Of a stretch of DNA of 64,000 bases, positions 16,733-26,659 are shown one piece after another. This DNA is from Candidatus Saccharimonadota bacterium. GTDB lineage: Bacteria > Patescibacteriota > Saccharimonadia > Saccharimonadales > Saccharimonadaceae. Numbering within the stretch: the stretch's first letter is position 1; the number at the start of each line of letters is the position of its first letter. The stretch lies in the NCBI GenBank assembly GCA_017406405.1, contig JAFQYO010000011.1, forward strand, positions 35,435 to 99,434, written 5' to 3'. Made by a program: the position numbers and the translations under genes. The notes beneath the pieces were generated by a model. The model saw only the letters and a program-made list of their open reading frames with translations, was not told the origin of the DNA and did no database searches.

Positions 16733-17644
16733 ATGTCAAACAAAGTTATGATTGTTGGAACCGGGAACGTTGGCGCCTCTGTTGCCTTCTCGCTTATAAA
16801 TCAGCGGACCGCCGTAAACGAACTTGTCCTTGTCGACATCGACACGAACGACGCCGAAGGCGAAGCTATGGATCTTCGCGATGCTCTCGCTGTCGCTCCG
16901 AGCTTTTTAAAAATCAAAGCCGGAAGCTATAAAGACGCGAAGTCGTGCGACATTATCGTCATCACCGCCGGCACAAACCAAAAACCTGGCGAAACCCGCC
17001 TCAATTTATTAAAGAAAAACTCTGCGATTTTCCGCCCAATGATAAAAGGAATCATGCGAAACGGCTTTCATGGTATTTTTCTCGTCGTCACAAACCCGAT
17101 GGACGTTTTGACTTTCCTAACCTGGAAATATTCCGGTCTCCCTTCTGACCATATTCTCGGCTCCGGAACCGTCCTCGATTCCGCTCGCCTCCGTCTCCGT
17201 CTTTCCGAAAAACTAAACTTAAACCCGAAATCGATTCACGCTTTCCAAATCGCCGAACATGGCGACTCCGAATTTGCGCTCTGGTCCTCAGCAAACGTCT
17301 CTGGTGCCCCGATTTCTAGCTTCCTCTCAAAACCTGCTCTCGCCGAAATTGAAGATTACGCCCGAAACGAAGCTTACGAAATTATAAACAAAAAGGGCGC
17401 GACCTATTATGGAATCGGCGTCTGCGTAGCCCATATCATCCAAGCCGTTCTGAACGACGAACGTCGCATCCTTTCCGTTTCCTCTTATGACGACTGTGCC
17501 GGAGTTTTTGCCGGCTTCCCAACCGTCGTCGGTCGTCGCGGCGCGATTAAACGCCTCGACCTCGAATTGTCCGAAGAAGAAGGAATAAAATACCAAAAAT
17601 CCATAAACGCCTTGAAATCCGCCATAAAATCCGTTCGTTCGTGA
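16733..17644 (+). CDS. ldh: L-lactate dehydrogenase
   Basis: VGTGNVG, ITAG..QKPGETRLNL, TNPMD, GSGTVLDSARL, EHGDS, KGATYYGIG. Confidence 0.92.
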   Translation: MSNKVMIVGTGNVGASVAFSLINQRTAVNELVLVDIDTNDAEGEAMDLRDALAVAPSFLKIKAGSYKDAKSCDIIVITAGTNQKPGETRLNLLKKNSAIFRPMIKGIMRNGFHGIFLVVTNPMDVLTFLTWKYSGLPSDHILGSGTVLDSARLRLRLSEKLNLNPKSIHAFQIAEHGDSEFALWSSANVSGAPISSFLSKPALAEIEDYARNEAYEIINKKGATYYGIGVCVAHIIQAVLNDERRILSVSSYDDCAGVFAGFPTVVGRRGAIKRLDLELSEEEGIKYQKSINALKSAIKSVRS

Positions 17645-17656
17645 TAAAATAAACTT

Positions 17657-19513
17657 ATGAAATCCTTAAAATTCTTTCTTAGTTTATTTATATCTCTATT
17701 TCTGAGCCTCCTGCCTTCGCTCGCCTTCGCCGACACTAATAGTTTTTATTTCGAAGATGCGACCTTTGACTATTATTTATCATCGACCGAAACTGGCGCC
17801 TCGACCATGCGGGTCGAAGAATCCCTTACTGCGGTCTTCCCGACCTACGCCCAAAATCACGGCATCATACGCTGTATCCCTTATTCTTATCGCGGAGTAA
17901 AATCCCTCGACGAGTCAAGTTTCTCCGTCACAAGAAACGGAGTTTCAGAGCCCTTCACGACCTACCAAGACGACTCTCTCACCTGCCTCCGAATCGGCTC
18001 GGCAAATAGCTACGTGACCGACAAACAAGTTTATAATATCTCCTACGTTCTAAACAACGTTATCCTCGCCCCAGATAATTCTCCCTATCAAGAACTCTAT
18101 TGGGATACAAACGGAACCGAATGGTCTCAGCCTTTTTATTCTTTAACCGCGAACATCCATCTCTCCGACCCGCTTATTAACGCCTGGAACGGCGAAACTT
18201 CCTGCTATGTCGGCGCCCAAGGCGCAGGCGGAAGCGACGCGATGTCTCGATGCGAAACCTCCATCTCCGAAGACAAGTCCGTTATCACTTTTTCTTCCAA
18301 AAACCTCGCCCCGAGAGAGAACTTGACTTTCGACCTCCGTTTTATGCCCGAAACATTCTACATTAAAAAATCCCCAGCGGCCCTTGTCTTGGCCGCCATC
18401 GGCGGAATTGTCGCCCTTATCCTCGGTTTCTCCGGCTATAAATGGTATCAGGCCGAAAAAAGAATAAAAGAAAAGAAAAAACTTGCAAAAGAAAAAATCG
18501 TCCCCGTCCAATACACTCCCCCGAAAGATTTAACCGTCGCCGAAGCCGGAACCGCTTATCTAAAGTCCACAAAAGACCTTAAGGTCGCGACTCTCATGGA
18601 ACTCGCCATAAAGCACCATATTGAGCTCAAACGCGGAGAAAAGAAAGTCTTCGGCGGCTATCACTGGATTATTCACGTCAAAAACACAACAAACCTCACT
18701 TCCGAGCAAACCATCGTTCTCGAAATCCTCAACGGAGGCAATTCTGTCCACGACGGCGACTCAATTGAAGTAAAACGCCACACCGCGACAACCCACCTAG
18801 AAAAACTCGGCCATGATTTCGATCGAGACCTTAAAATCTCCCTAAAGTCCAAAGGCCTCTTCGAAGAGAAAAAGTCGAACAGCTCCTCCTCAAAATCAGC
18901 TCCCTTCCTTATCTTCTTCATTCTTGTTATCGTCTTCGGCTTTATTGCGCCGATAATCTTGAAAAACATTAACTTCACTTCTTTCTTCGGACTTTTCTCT
19001 CCGGAAATTCAATCGTTCCTTATTGTCGGCGGCTTCTTCCTCTTTATGATATACATAATCACCCTCATTATCATTTCTATAAACATCCAAAAATACAAAG
19101 AACGCACTCTAGAGGGCATAAAAGTCACGAAATACCTCGATGGCCTGAAAGAATACATGACTCTCGCCGAGAAAGACCGCCTAAAGTTCCTTCAGAGCGT
19201 TAAAGGCGTCGACACTTCAAATCAAGGAATCGTAAAATTATACGAAAAACTCCTCCCTTATGCTGTTCTCTTTGGTGTCGAAGAATCCTGGATGGACGAA
19301 CTCTCTAAATACTATAAGCTCGACGACGTCTCCGAGCCATATTGGATGTACGGCGCCTATCGTTTTTCCGCTAACGACTTCCGCGCCTTCTCTTCCTATG
19401 CTTCGAGTTCAATTTCGAGCAGTGTTGCTTCCAGCTCCTCCGGCAGCTCTGGTGGCGGAGGCGGCGGCTTCTCTGGCGGCGGAGGGGGCGGCGGCGGAGG
19501 CGGAGGTTGGTAA
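17657..19513 (+). CDS. DUF2207-family membrane protein
   Basis: Signal peptide, ELYWD..G..W, central TMs, LLPYAVLFG, C-terminal GGGGFSGGGGGGGGGGGW. Confidence 0.85.
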   Translation: MKSLKFFLSLFISLFLSLLPSLAFADTNSFYFEDATFDYYLSSTETGASTMRVEESLTAVFPTYAQNHGIIRCIPYSYRGVKSLDESSFSVTRNGVSEPFTTYQDDSLTCLRIGSANSYVTDKQVYNISYVLNNVILAPDNSPYQELYWDTNGTEWSQPFYSLTANIHLSDPLINAWNGETSCYVGAQGAGGSDAMSRCETSISEDKSVITFSSKNLAPRENLTFDLRFMPETFYIKKSPAALVLAAIGGIVALILGFSGYKWYQAEKRIKEKKKLAKEKIVPVQYTPPKDLTVAEAGTAYLKSTKDLKVATLMELAIKHHIELKRGEKKVFGGYHWIIHVKNTTNLTSEQTIVLEILNGGNSVHDGDSIEVKRHTATTHLEKLGHDFDRDLKISLKSKGLFEEKKSNSSSSKSAPFLIFFILVIVFGFIAPIILKNINFTSFFGLFSPEIQSFLIVGGFFLFMIYIITLIIISINIQKYKERTLEGIKVTKYLDGLKEYMTLAEKDRLKFLQSVKGVDTSNQGIVKLYEKLLPYAVLFGVEESWMDELSKYYKLDDVSEPYWMYGAYRFSANDFRAFSSYASSSISSSVASSSSGSSGGGGGGFSGGGGGGGGGGGW

Positions 19514-19552
19514 TCTTCTCCCGTTTTGTCGCTTGTATGGTATAATATACGC

Positions 19553-20797
19553 ATGTTAGACATAAAATTCATTCGTGACCATGAACACGAAGTTGAACGC
19601 GCGATTCGCGAAAAACGCTATAAAATCTCTCTCGAAAAACTCCTTAAACTCGACGACGAACGTCGTGAGCTCCTAAAGGAAGTTGAATCTCTTCGAAAAG
19701 AAAAGAACGATACCGCCGCCTCGATGAAGGGGAAAAGACCCTCCCCCGAAGCGATAAAACGAGGAAAAGAAATAAAAGAAAAACTTTCCTCGCTCGAAAA
19801 GGCTCTCTCCGAAAAGGAATCCGCCCTAACGACAGCTTTAAAATCCGTCCCAAACATCATTTTCGACGACGTTCCGCTCGGCGGGGAAGAAGATTCCGTC
19901 GAAATAAAATCTTGGGGCGAGAAGAAAAAATCCGGTGTTGACCATCTCGACTATGCCGTCTCTCGCGACTGGGTTGATTTTGAACGTGGAGCAAAAGTCG
20001 CCGGCGCAAAGTTCTATTATCTTAAAAACGAACTTGCTCTTCTCGAAAACGCTCTGCTTCAATACGGCCTTAAAAAGGTCCAAGAACACGGTTTTACCTA
20101 CATGACCGTCCCCGACCTCGTCTCCTCGAAAATCCTCGAAGGTTGCGGGTTTAACCCCCGAACCTCCGACCAGTCCGACGAATATTTCGTCGAAAACGAA
20201 GACCTCGCCCTGATTGCGACCGCCGAAATGCCGCTTACTGGTTATCATATGGACGAAATTCTCGACGAAGACAAACTCCCGCTCTTTTATGCCGGCTATT
20301 CCGCCTGCTTTAGAAAAGAAGCCGGAACCTACGGAAAATACACTCGTGGCCTCTTCCGCGTCCACCAATTTAATAAACTAGAGATGTATGCCTTCTGTCT
20401 CCCCGAACAGTCGAAAGAAATCCACGAAAAAATCCTCAAAATCGAAGAAGACATCTGGCAAGGCCTAAATATCCCTTATCGCATCATTAACATCGCCGCT
20501 GGCGACCTCGGTTCACCTGCCGCGAAAAAATACGACATGGAATACTGGTCGCCCGTAAACCAAAAATACCAGGAAATCACAAGCTGTTCAAACTGCACCG
20601 ATTTCCAGGCTCGCGCCGTAAACTGCCGAGTTCGCCGAAAAGACGGAACTGTAGAATTTGTTCATACTCTTAACGGAACCGCAATCCCGCTCGCCCGCGC
20701 GCTCGTCGTCATCTTAGAAAACTATGCCGCCGAAGGTGGAAAACTAAAAGTCCCAGAAGTCCTAAAACCTTATCTAAATAACAAGGAGGAAATCTAA
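19553..20797 (+). CDS. serS: Serine--tRNA ligase
   Basis: MLDIKFIR start, ATAE, FRKEAG, GLFRVHQF, EITSCSNCTDFQ, HTLNGT. Confidence 0.98.
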   Translation: MLDIKFIRDHEHEVERAIREKRYKISLEKLLKLDDERRELLKEVESLRKEKNDTAASMKGKRPSPEAIKRGKEIKEKLSSLEKALSEKESALTTALKSVPNIIFDDVPLGGEEDSVEIKSWGEKKKSGVDHLDYAVSRDWVDFERGAKVAGAKFYYLKNELALLENALLQYGLKKVQEHGFTYMTVPDLVSSKILEGCGFNPRTSDQSDEYFVENEDLALIATAEMPLTGYHMDEILDEDKLPLFYAGYSACFRKEAGTYGKYTRGLFRVHQFNKLEMYAFCLPEQSKEIHEKILKIEEDIWQGLNIPYRIINIAAGDLGSPAAKKYDMEYWSPVNQKYQEITSCSNCTDFQARAVNCRVRRKDGTVEFVHTLNGTAIPLARALVVILENYAAEGGKLKVPEVLKPYLNNKEEI

Positions 20798-20799
20798 CC

Positions 20800-21165
20800 A
20801 TGATTAACAAAATCGACATTTCTGGTTCAAATTACAAGCCCGAGGAAAACTTCAAAAAATACGCGACCAAAAAAATCGGCAAACTCGACCGCTATCTCCC
20901 CGGAGGCCACAAAAAAGATGTTGTTGCGAAAGTTGTAGTTAGCGAACTCAACCACGACAAAACCCATAAATACGAAATCTCCGTCGCGATGGAAATCCCC
21001 GGCGGAAAAGTTATTTCCTCAAAAGACGAATGTACAAACATCTACGCCGGAATCGACATAGTCGAAGCAAAACTCGCCGGCCAGATTCGTCGCTTTAAGC
21101 TTGAACAAACCCCCCACCTAAAGAAAGAAAAACGCGGACTCAAAGGCCTATTCCGCAAAAAATAA
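20800..21165 (+). CDS. hpf: Ribosome hibernation factor HPF/RaiA
   Basis: KYATKKIGKLDRY...NIYAGIDIVEAKLAGQIRRFK; directly upstream of secA. Confidence 0.8.
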   Translation: MINKIDISGSNYKPEENFKKYATKKIGKLDRYLPGGHKKDVVAKVVVSELNHDKTHKYEISVAMEIPGGKVISSKDECTNIYAGIDIVEAKLAGQIRRFKLEQTPHLKKEKRGLKGLFRKK

Positions 21166-21180
21166 TGGAGAACTGACTGC

Positions 21181-23985
21181 ATGCCTAATCCAACCCTAAA
21201 ATCCCCTAAACCGAAAAAAGCTAAAAAACCTTCTGATAAGCTTGCCGACAAGACAAAAACCGAAAAATTTCTCCAAACTATTTTTGGCGATGCTCAGAAA
21301 AAAACCTTAAAACGTCTCTACAAAAAAGTTGAAGAAATCAACAAACTCGAGAAAAAATACGAAAAAATGTCGGACGAAGAACTCTCCGACCAAACCGAAA
21401 TCCTGAAACAAAAGCTCGCAAAGCTCACGAAAAAATCCGAAGCCGAAGTAGCAAAAGAAACAATCTCCGAAAAAAGTTCTAAAAAACCGAAACGAAAGAA
21501 AGCCACTTCTCAAGAACTCCTTCAAAAATCACTTGATTCGATTCTTCCGGATACTTTCGCGGTTTGTCGCGAAGCAACTCGTCGCGTCCTCGGCATGCGC
21601 CATTACGACGTCCAACTTATCGGCGGTATAGTCCTTCATGAAGGTTGTGTCGCCGAAATGAAAACCGGCGAAGGAAAAACCCTCGTCGCGCTTCTTCCTG
21701 CCGTTTTGAACGCTTTGACCGGTCGCGGTGTCCACGTCGTCACCGTGAACGACTATCTTGCCCAGCGCGACGCTGGTTGGAACGGCCCAGTGTATGATTT
21801 TCTTGGGCTTTCTGTTGGCGTCATCATCAACAACGCTTCCTTTGTCTATGACAAAAACTATGATAACGAAGAACATGACGACGAACGTTTTCGCCACCTC
21901 CGCCCTGCGACCCGTAAAGACGCTTATCTCGCCGACATCACCTATGGAACAAACAACGAATTCGGCTTTGACTATCTCCGTGACAACATGGCGAGCGAAG
22001 TCAAATACCTTCGCCAACGCGAACTTAATTTCGCTATCGTTGACGAAGTCGACTCAATCCTCATCGACGAAGCCCGAACTCCGCTAATCATCTCCGCTCC
22101 CGCCGGCGACAATCCCGACGCCTACTATCAGTTCGCTAAAATTGCCTCTCGTCTCACTCCTGCTGACTATGTTCTGGACGAAAAACACCGCTCCGTAACT
22201 TTAACCGACCACGGCGTTGAAAAAGTCGAAGAAATCCTCGGAATTGAAAACCTCTACTCGACAAAAAACACTCGTCTTGTTTATCATCTCGAACAAGCTC
22301 TTCGCGCCGAAACCCTCTTTAAACGCGACAAAGATTACGTCGTTACTAACTCCGGCGAGGTCATCATCGTCGACGAACACACCGGCCGTCTTATGCAGGG
22401 TCGCCGTTATAACGAAGGTCTCCACCAAGCCATCGAAGCTAAAGAAGGCGTCGCCGTTAAGCAAGAATCTATGACCCTCGCGACGATTTCTTTCCAAAAT
22501 TTCTTCCGCCTCTATGATAAACTATCCGGAATGACCGGAACCGCCTTTACAGAAGCCGAAGAGTTCCAACAAATCTACGCTCTCGACGTTATCCAAATCC
22601 CGCCTAACCGTCCGATTGCTCGTGTTGACAAAGACGATTTAATTTTCAAAACCGAAGCCGGAAAGCTTCACGCAATCGCGACCGAAATCAAAAAATACCA
22701 CGAAAAAGGTCAGCCCGTACTTGTTGGCTCTGCTTCTATCGTTAAAAACGAACTTATCGCTTCTTATCTTGACGAAGAAGGAATCCCCTACGAAATCCTA
22801 AACGCAAAAAACAACGAACGCGAAGCCGCTATTATCGCTCGTGCCGGCGAAAAAGGCGCCGTAACTCTCGCGACAAACATGGCTGGACGCGGAACCGATA
22901 TTAAACTCGGTCCGGGCGTCAAGGAACTTGGTGGTCTCGTCGTCATTGGCTCCGAACGTCACGATTCTCGTCGTGTTGACAATCAGTTACGCGGTCGTGG
23001 CGGTCGTCAAGGCGACCCGGGCACAACCCAATTCTTTGTCTCCTGCGAAGACGACCTCATGCGTATTTTTCAAGGCGACCGCATCGCGATTCTCATGTCT
23101 CGTCTCGGCGTCGACGAAAACACCCCTATCCAGGCCAAGTCAATTTCAAAGACCCTTGAATCCGCCCAGAAAAAGGTCGAAGGTTTCAACTTCGACTCCC
23201 GAAAAAACGTCGTCCAATACGACAACGTCATAAACCGCCACAGAAAAGTCGTCTATTCTATGCGCCGGAAAATCCTTGAAGGCGCCGACATTCGCCCAGA
23301 AATCTTCCGCCTGATAAAAGACGCTACGACTTCCTTGACCGTTGATTCTTCTCGCGTCAACAAATTCTTCAAAGAAGAGTTCCTCGCCGTCTTTAAGCTC
23401 GACGAAGACCTTGTCGAAGAAATCGGAAAGATGCGAAAAGAGACCGAACGAGCTCATCTCGCCCGAGTCGCCGTCGAAGAAGCTTACGCAAACAAAGAAG
23501 CCGAGATTGGCCCGGAAGTCATGCGTAAGCTCGAACGCGAAGTTTATCTCCGCGTCCTCGACACTCTTTGGATGCAACATCTCGAAAACATGCAACACCT
23601 CCGCGAAGGAATTCACTGGCGTTCCGTCGGCCAACGCGACCCGCTCGTCGAATATCGTTCCGAGTCTCAAAAACTTTTCGATAACCTCCAAAGAAATCTT
23701 CGCGAAGAAGTCCTGAAAGTCCTCTTAAATATCACAAAACAAGAAGCTTCCGCGACTAACACCATCGACGATGGAGAATATGATTCCGAACTAACAAAAA
23801 TGGCCGAATCCGCGACCGAAAAAGGCGTCAACGAAATTACCGCCGGCGATAAAAACCTCGACTCCGAATTTAGAAAAGAAGAGGGAAAGAAACGCCCTTC
23901 CGGTTCCAATACTAACTCAAACACTGCTCGAAACAAACAAAAAGCAAAACGAAAACAACAACGAAAAAACAAAAAACGCCACTAA
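21181..23985 (+). CDS. secA: Preprotein translocase ATPase SecA
   Basis: EMKTGEGKT, DEVDSILIDEARTPLIIS, ATNMAGRGTDI, QLRGRGGRQGDPG. Confidence 0.98.
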   Translation: MPNPTLKSPKPKKAKKPSDKLADKTKTEKFLQTIFGDAQKKTLKRLYKKVEEINKLEKKYEKMSDEELSDQTEILKQKLAKLTKKSEAEVAKETISEKSSKKPKRKKATSQELLQKSLDSILPDTFAVCREATRRVLGMRHYDVQLIGGIVLHEGCVAEMKTGEGKTLVALLPAVLNALTGRGVHVVTVNDYLAQRDAGWNGPVYDFLGLSVGVIINNASFVYDKNYDNEEHDDERFRHLRPATRKDAYLADITYGTNNEFGFDYLRDNMASEVKYLRQRELNFAIVDEVDSILIDEARTPLIISAPAGDNPDAYYQFAKIASRLTPADYVLDEKHRSVTLTDHGVEKVEEILGIENLYSTKNTRLVYHLEQALRAETLFKRDKDYVVTNSGEVIIVDEHTGRLMQGRRYNEGLHQAIEAKEGVAVKQESMTLATISFQNFFRLYDKLSGMTGTAFTEAEEFQQIYALDVIQIPPNRPIARVDKDDLIFKTEAGKLHAIATEIKKYHEKGQPVLVGSASIVKNELIASYLDEEGIPYEILNAKNNEREAAIIARAGEKGAVTLATNMAGRGTDIKLGPGVKELGGLVVIGSERHDSRRVDNQLRGRGGRQGDPGTTQFFVSCEDDLMRIFQGDRIAILMSRLGVDENTPIQAKSISKTLESAQKKVEGFNFDSRKNVVQYDNVINRHRKVVYSMRRKILEGADIRPEIFRLIKDATTSLTVDSSRVNKFFKEEFLAVFKLDEDLVEEIGKMRKETERAHLARVAVEEAYANKEAEIGPEVMRKLEREVYLRVLDTLWMQHLENMQHLREGIHWRSVGQRDPLVEYRSESQKLFDNLQRNLREEVLKVLLNITKQEASATNTIDDGEYDSELTKMAESATEKGVNEITAGDKNLDSEFRKEEGKKRPSGSNTNSNTARNKQKAKRKQQRKNKKRH

Positions 23986-24000
23986 ACCCGTATAAAAACC

Positions 24001-25275
24001 ATGAAGCACTCCGTCGAAGAAGTCCACCTTAAATCCGGTGCACGGGGACTCCTTATTAACGTTCCCGGCGCCAGCGTCATGTCAACTCGCGTTCAATTCC
24101 GCGGAGGGCTTCGTTACGCAAAAAAACCGTCCCTCTATGAAATCGCACATATCACCGAGCACCTTTCTTTCGGAGCAAACGCAAAATACAAATCCGAATC
24201 CGCCTACGAATCCGAATTCACTAAAAACGGCGCATACCACAACGCCTGGACTTCCGACCTCTCGATTTGCTACGAAACCGAATGTGCTGATTTTGAATGG
24301 GATAGAATTCTCGATTTGAAACGACTTGCTATTTGCGAACCCCGCTTTAATGATGTCGAACTCAAAAGCGAAAAGGGAAACGTCAAATCCGAGCTAACCG
24401 GTTATATGAACGATTATAATCGCCTTCTCTGGCCGCGCCTCCAACAGGCAATTGGCGAAAACGTCCTTAACCTCTCGGAAAGAATTAAAACCCTCCCAAA
24501 CATAGAACTAAAAGATATTCGCGAACATTATCGCCGAACCCACACTTCGAGCAACATGCGTTTTGTGATTGCCGGAAATCTCGGATTCCGACGGCGCCGA
24601 AAAATTATTAAAATGCTCGAAAGCTGGGACTTAAAAACAGGCGAGCGCCTCGAAATCCCCCTCGACGAGCTACGTTCCGAATCGGCCGTTCTGATTCGTC
24701 GCAAAGACGCATCAAATATAACTTTCGGATTTTCTTTCGTCACTCCGCGTCGGCTCGACTCCGCCTGCACAATCGCCATGTCCTGTCTGAACCACATTTT
24801 AACCGGCACAATGTCCTCTCGAATTTTCGGCGAAGCCCGTCGTCGCGGACTTACCTATGGTATAGGCAGCTCGCTTAATCTCGACGAATCAAAATCATCA
24901 TGGGATTTTGATGGCGAAGTTGATGAAGAAAATGCCGAAGAACTTTTTTCGCTAATCCGTTCCGAACTTACGAAAGTCTTAAACGGCGAAATCTCCAACG
25001 AAGAACTCGAATCCGCCAAAAGCTATTGCCTCGGCCGATTCCAAATGTCCGCCCAAACCGTCGGCCAAATCGCCGATTGTTACGCCGAAGAATATTTTAA
25101 GTCAGACGAAATAGAAAAATATCATAAAATCCCCGACATCGTCCGCACCGTCGATAAAACCGAAATCATCGAACTCGCTCGCGAGCTCGTCGGCTCAAAC
25201 ATTTTTGCTTTCGTTGCGGTCGGTTCCTGCGAAAAAGCTCTCGTCAACTCTCTCGCCGAGAAATTGAAATTATAG
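24001..25275 (+). CDS. M16-family zinc peptidase
   Basis: Inverted zinc motif HITEH, NAWT, SSRIFGEARRRGLTY. Confidence 0.85.
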   Translation: MKHSVEEVHLKSGARGLLINVPGASVMSTRVQFRGGLRYAKKPSLYEIAHITEHLSFGANAKYKSESAYESEFTKNGAYHNAWTSDLSICYETECADFEWDRILDLKRLAICEPRFNDVELKSEKGNVKSELTGYMNDYNRLLWPRLQQAIGENVLNLSERIKTLPNIELKDIREHYRRTHTSSNMRFVIAGNLGFRRRRKIIKMLESWDLKTGERLEIPLDELRSESAVLIRRKDASNITFGFSFVTPRRLDSACTIAMSCLNHILTGTMSSRIFGEARRRGLTYGIGSSLNLDESKSSWDFDGEVDEENAEELFSLIRSELTKVLNGEISNEELESAKSYCLGRFQMSAQTVGQIADCYAEEYFKSDEIEKYHKIPDIVRTVDKTEIIELARELVGSNIFAFVAVGSCEKALVNSLAEKLKL

Positions 25276-25306
25276 CGTCCTTATCTTTCTGTGTTATACT
25301 AAATTC

Positions 25307-26656
25307 ATGAATATTCTTATCCTCGGAAATGGCGTCGAGGGAAAATCTGCCGCCAACTATTTCAAACACGACCCAAGTCTTTTCGAACATACAAAACTCG
25401 AAGTTCTCGACCATTTCAAAAAAGAAGAACTCCTCTTTAGAGACTTTTCGAAATACGATTTAGTTTTCCGTACGCCTTCGGTCCCCCCGAAATTCATTCC
25501 CGCCCCCGAAGAAAAAATCACCTCCGTTACAAAATACTTTTTTAATAACTGTCCCGCCCCAATCATCGGCGTAACTGGGACAAAAGGAAAGGGAACCACC
25601 TGTTCTTTTATCCGCGACATCTTAGAAGCCCTTATCCCCCGCGAAGAAAGAAAAGTCCACCTAGTCGGAAACATCGGCATCCCTGCGCTCGACATTCTTC
25701 CCGAGATTTCTCGAAACGACGTTGTTGTTTATGAACTCTCTTCTTTTCAGCTGTGGGACTTAAAAAAATCCCCTGCTGTTTCCGTCATTCTTCGTCTCGA
25801 GCCGGATCACCTCGACGTCCACGAATCCTTCAAAGAATATCTAGATGCAAAAAAGAATATTGTCCTCCACCAAACCCCTAAAGACTACGTTGTCTTCTTT
25901 TCGGAAAACCAGAACACAAAATCCCTTGCAGATTCTTCCCCCGCCCAAAAACTCCCATTCCCGACGAAAGACGACTCTAAAACTCTCGCGCATGTCCTTG
26001 ATTCTTTGTCCGTCCCCGGCCCTCACAATCGCGAAGACGCCGAAGCGGCCATTCTCGCCTGTTTCGCCTATTATAAACACGAAAAACAGTTCTCGGGCTC
26101 TCTCGATTCCTTCCTTAAAAAATACGATTTAAACATCAAATCCGCCCTTAAAAATTTCCAGCCCCTTCCTCACCACCTCGAATTTGTTCGCGAGCTCCAC
26201 GATATAGCCTATTACGACGATTCTTTTTCGACCGTCTCGACCTCTCTTGAGGCCGCCCTCAACGCCTTTCCCGAAACTCCCTTTGTTCTTATCGTCGGAG
26301 GAAAAGATAAAGGTTTTGACCTCGCCCCCGTAAAACGCCTTATCTTCGACAACAAAAACCTTATCAAAGCCGTCCTTATCGGCGAAACCGCAAAAAAACT
26401 TTCCGAATCTGAAGACCCCGAGAAATTCTTCAACGCCGGAACCGATTTTGAACTCGCCATAAAAAAGGCTCAGGAATTCGCCGAACAAAAACTCACTTCC
26501 GAAGAAACAAATTCGGACACTTGCCTCATCGACGCAAAACCAAAAATAAAATTCCCGATTGTGATTCTATCTCCCTGTGCCAGTTCCTTTGATATGTTCG
26601 AAAACTACAAAGAACGTGGCAATCTCTTTAAACAACTTGTAAACAACTTAAAATAA
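25307..26656 (+). CDS. murD: UDP-MurNAc-L-Ala--D-Glu ligase
   Basis: GVTGTKGKGTT, GNIG.P, ELSSFQL, DHLD.H, GGKDKG, LSPCASSFDMF.NYKERG. Confidence 0.95.
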   Translation: MNILILGNGVEGKSAANYFKHDPSLFEHTKLEVLDHFKKEELLFRDFSKYDLVFRTPSVPPKFIPAPEEKITSVTKYFFNNCPAPIIGVTGTKGKGTTCSFIRDILEALIPREERKVHLVGNIGIPALDILPEISRNDVVVYELSSFQLWDLKKSPAVSVILRLEPDHLDVHESFKEYLDAKKNIVLHQTPKDYVVFFSENQNTKSLADSSPAQKLPFPTKDDSKTLAHVLDSLSVPGPHNREDAEAAILACFAYYKHEKQFSGSLDSFLKKYDLNIKSALKNFQPLPHHLEFVRELHDIAYYDDSFSTVSTSLEAALNAFPETPFVLIVGGKDKGFDLAPVKRLIFDNKNLIKAVLIGETAKKLSESEDPEKFFNAGTDFELAIKKAQEFAEQKLTSEETNSDTCLIDAKPKIKFPIVILSPCASSFDMFENYKERGNLFKQLVNNLK

Positions 26657-26659
26657 CCT

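Noticed and set aside
15366-16751. ORF-track proteins 15366..15620, 15517..16101, 15956..16267 and 16212..16751 as real genes
   Set aside because: They begin at incidental GTG/ATG/alternative starts without SD or -10 spacing and run out of frame across unit junctions
17642-17644. Alternative genetic code (TGA=Gly, as in some CPR lineages)
   Set aside because: ldh ends at TGA at normal length with the next gene 13 bp later, and conserved genes have no internal TGA
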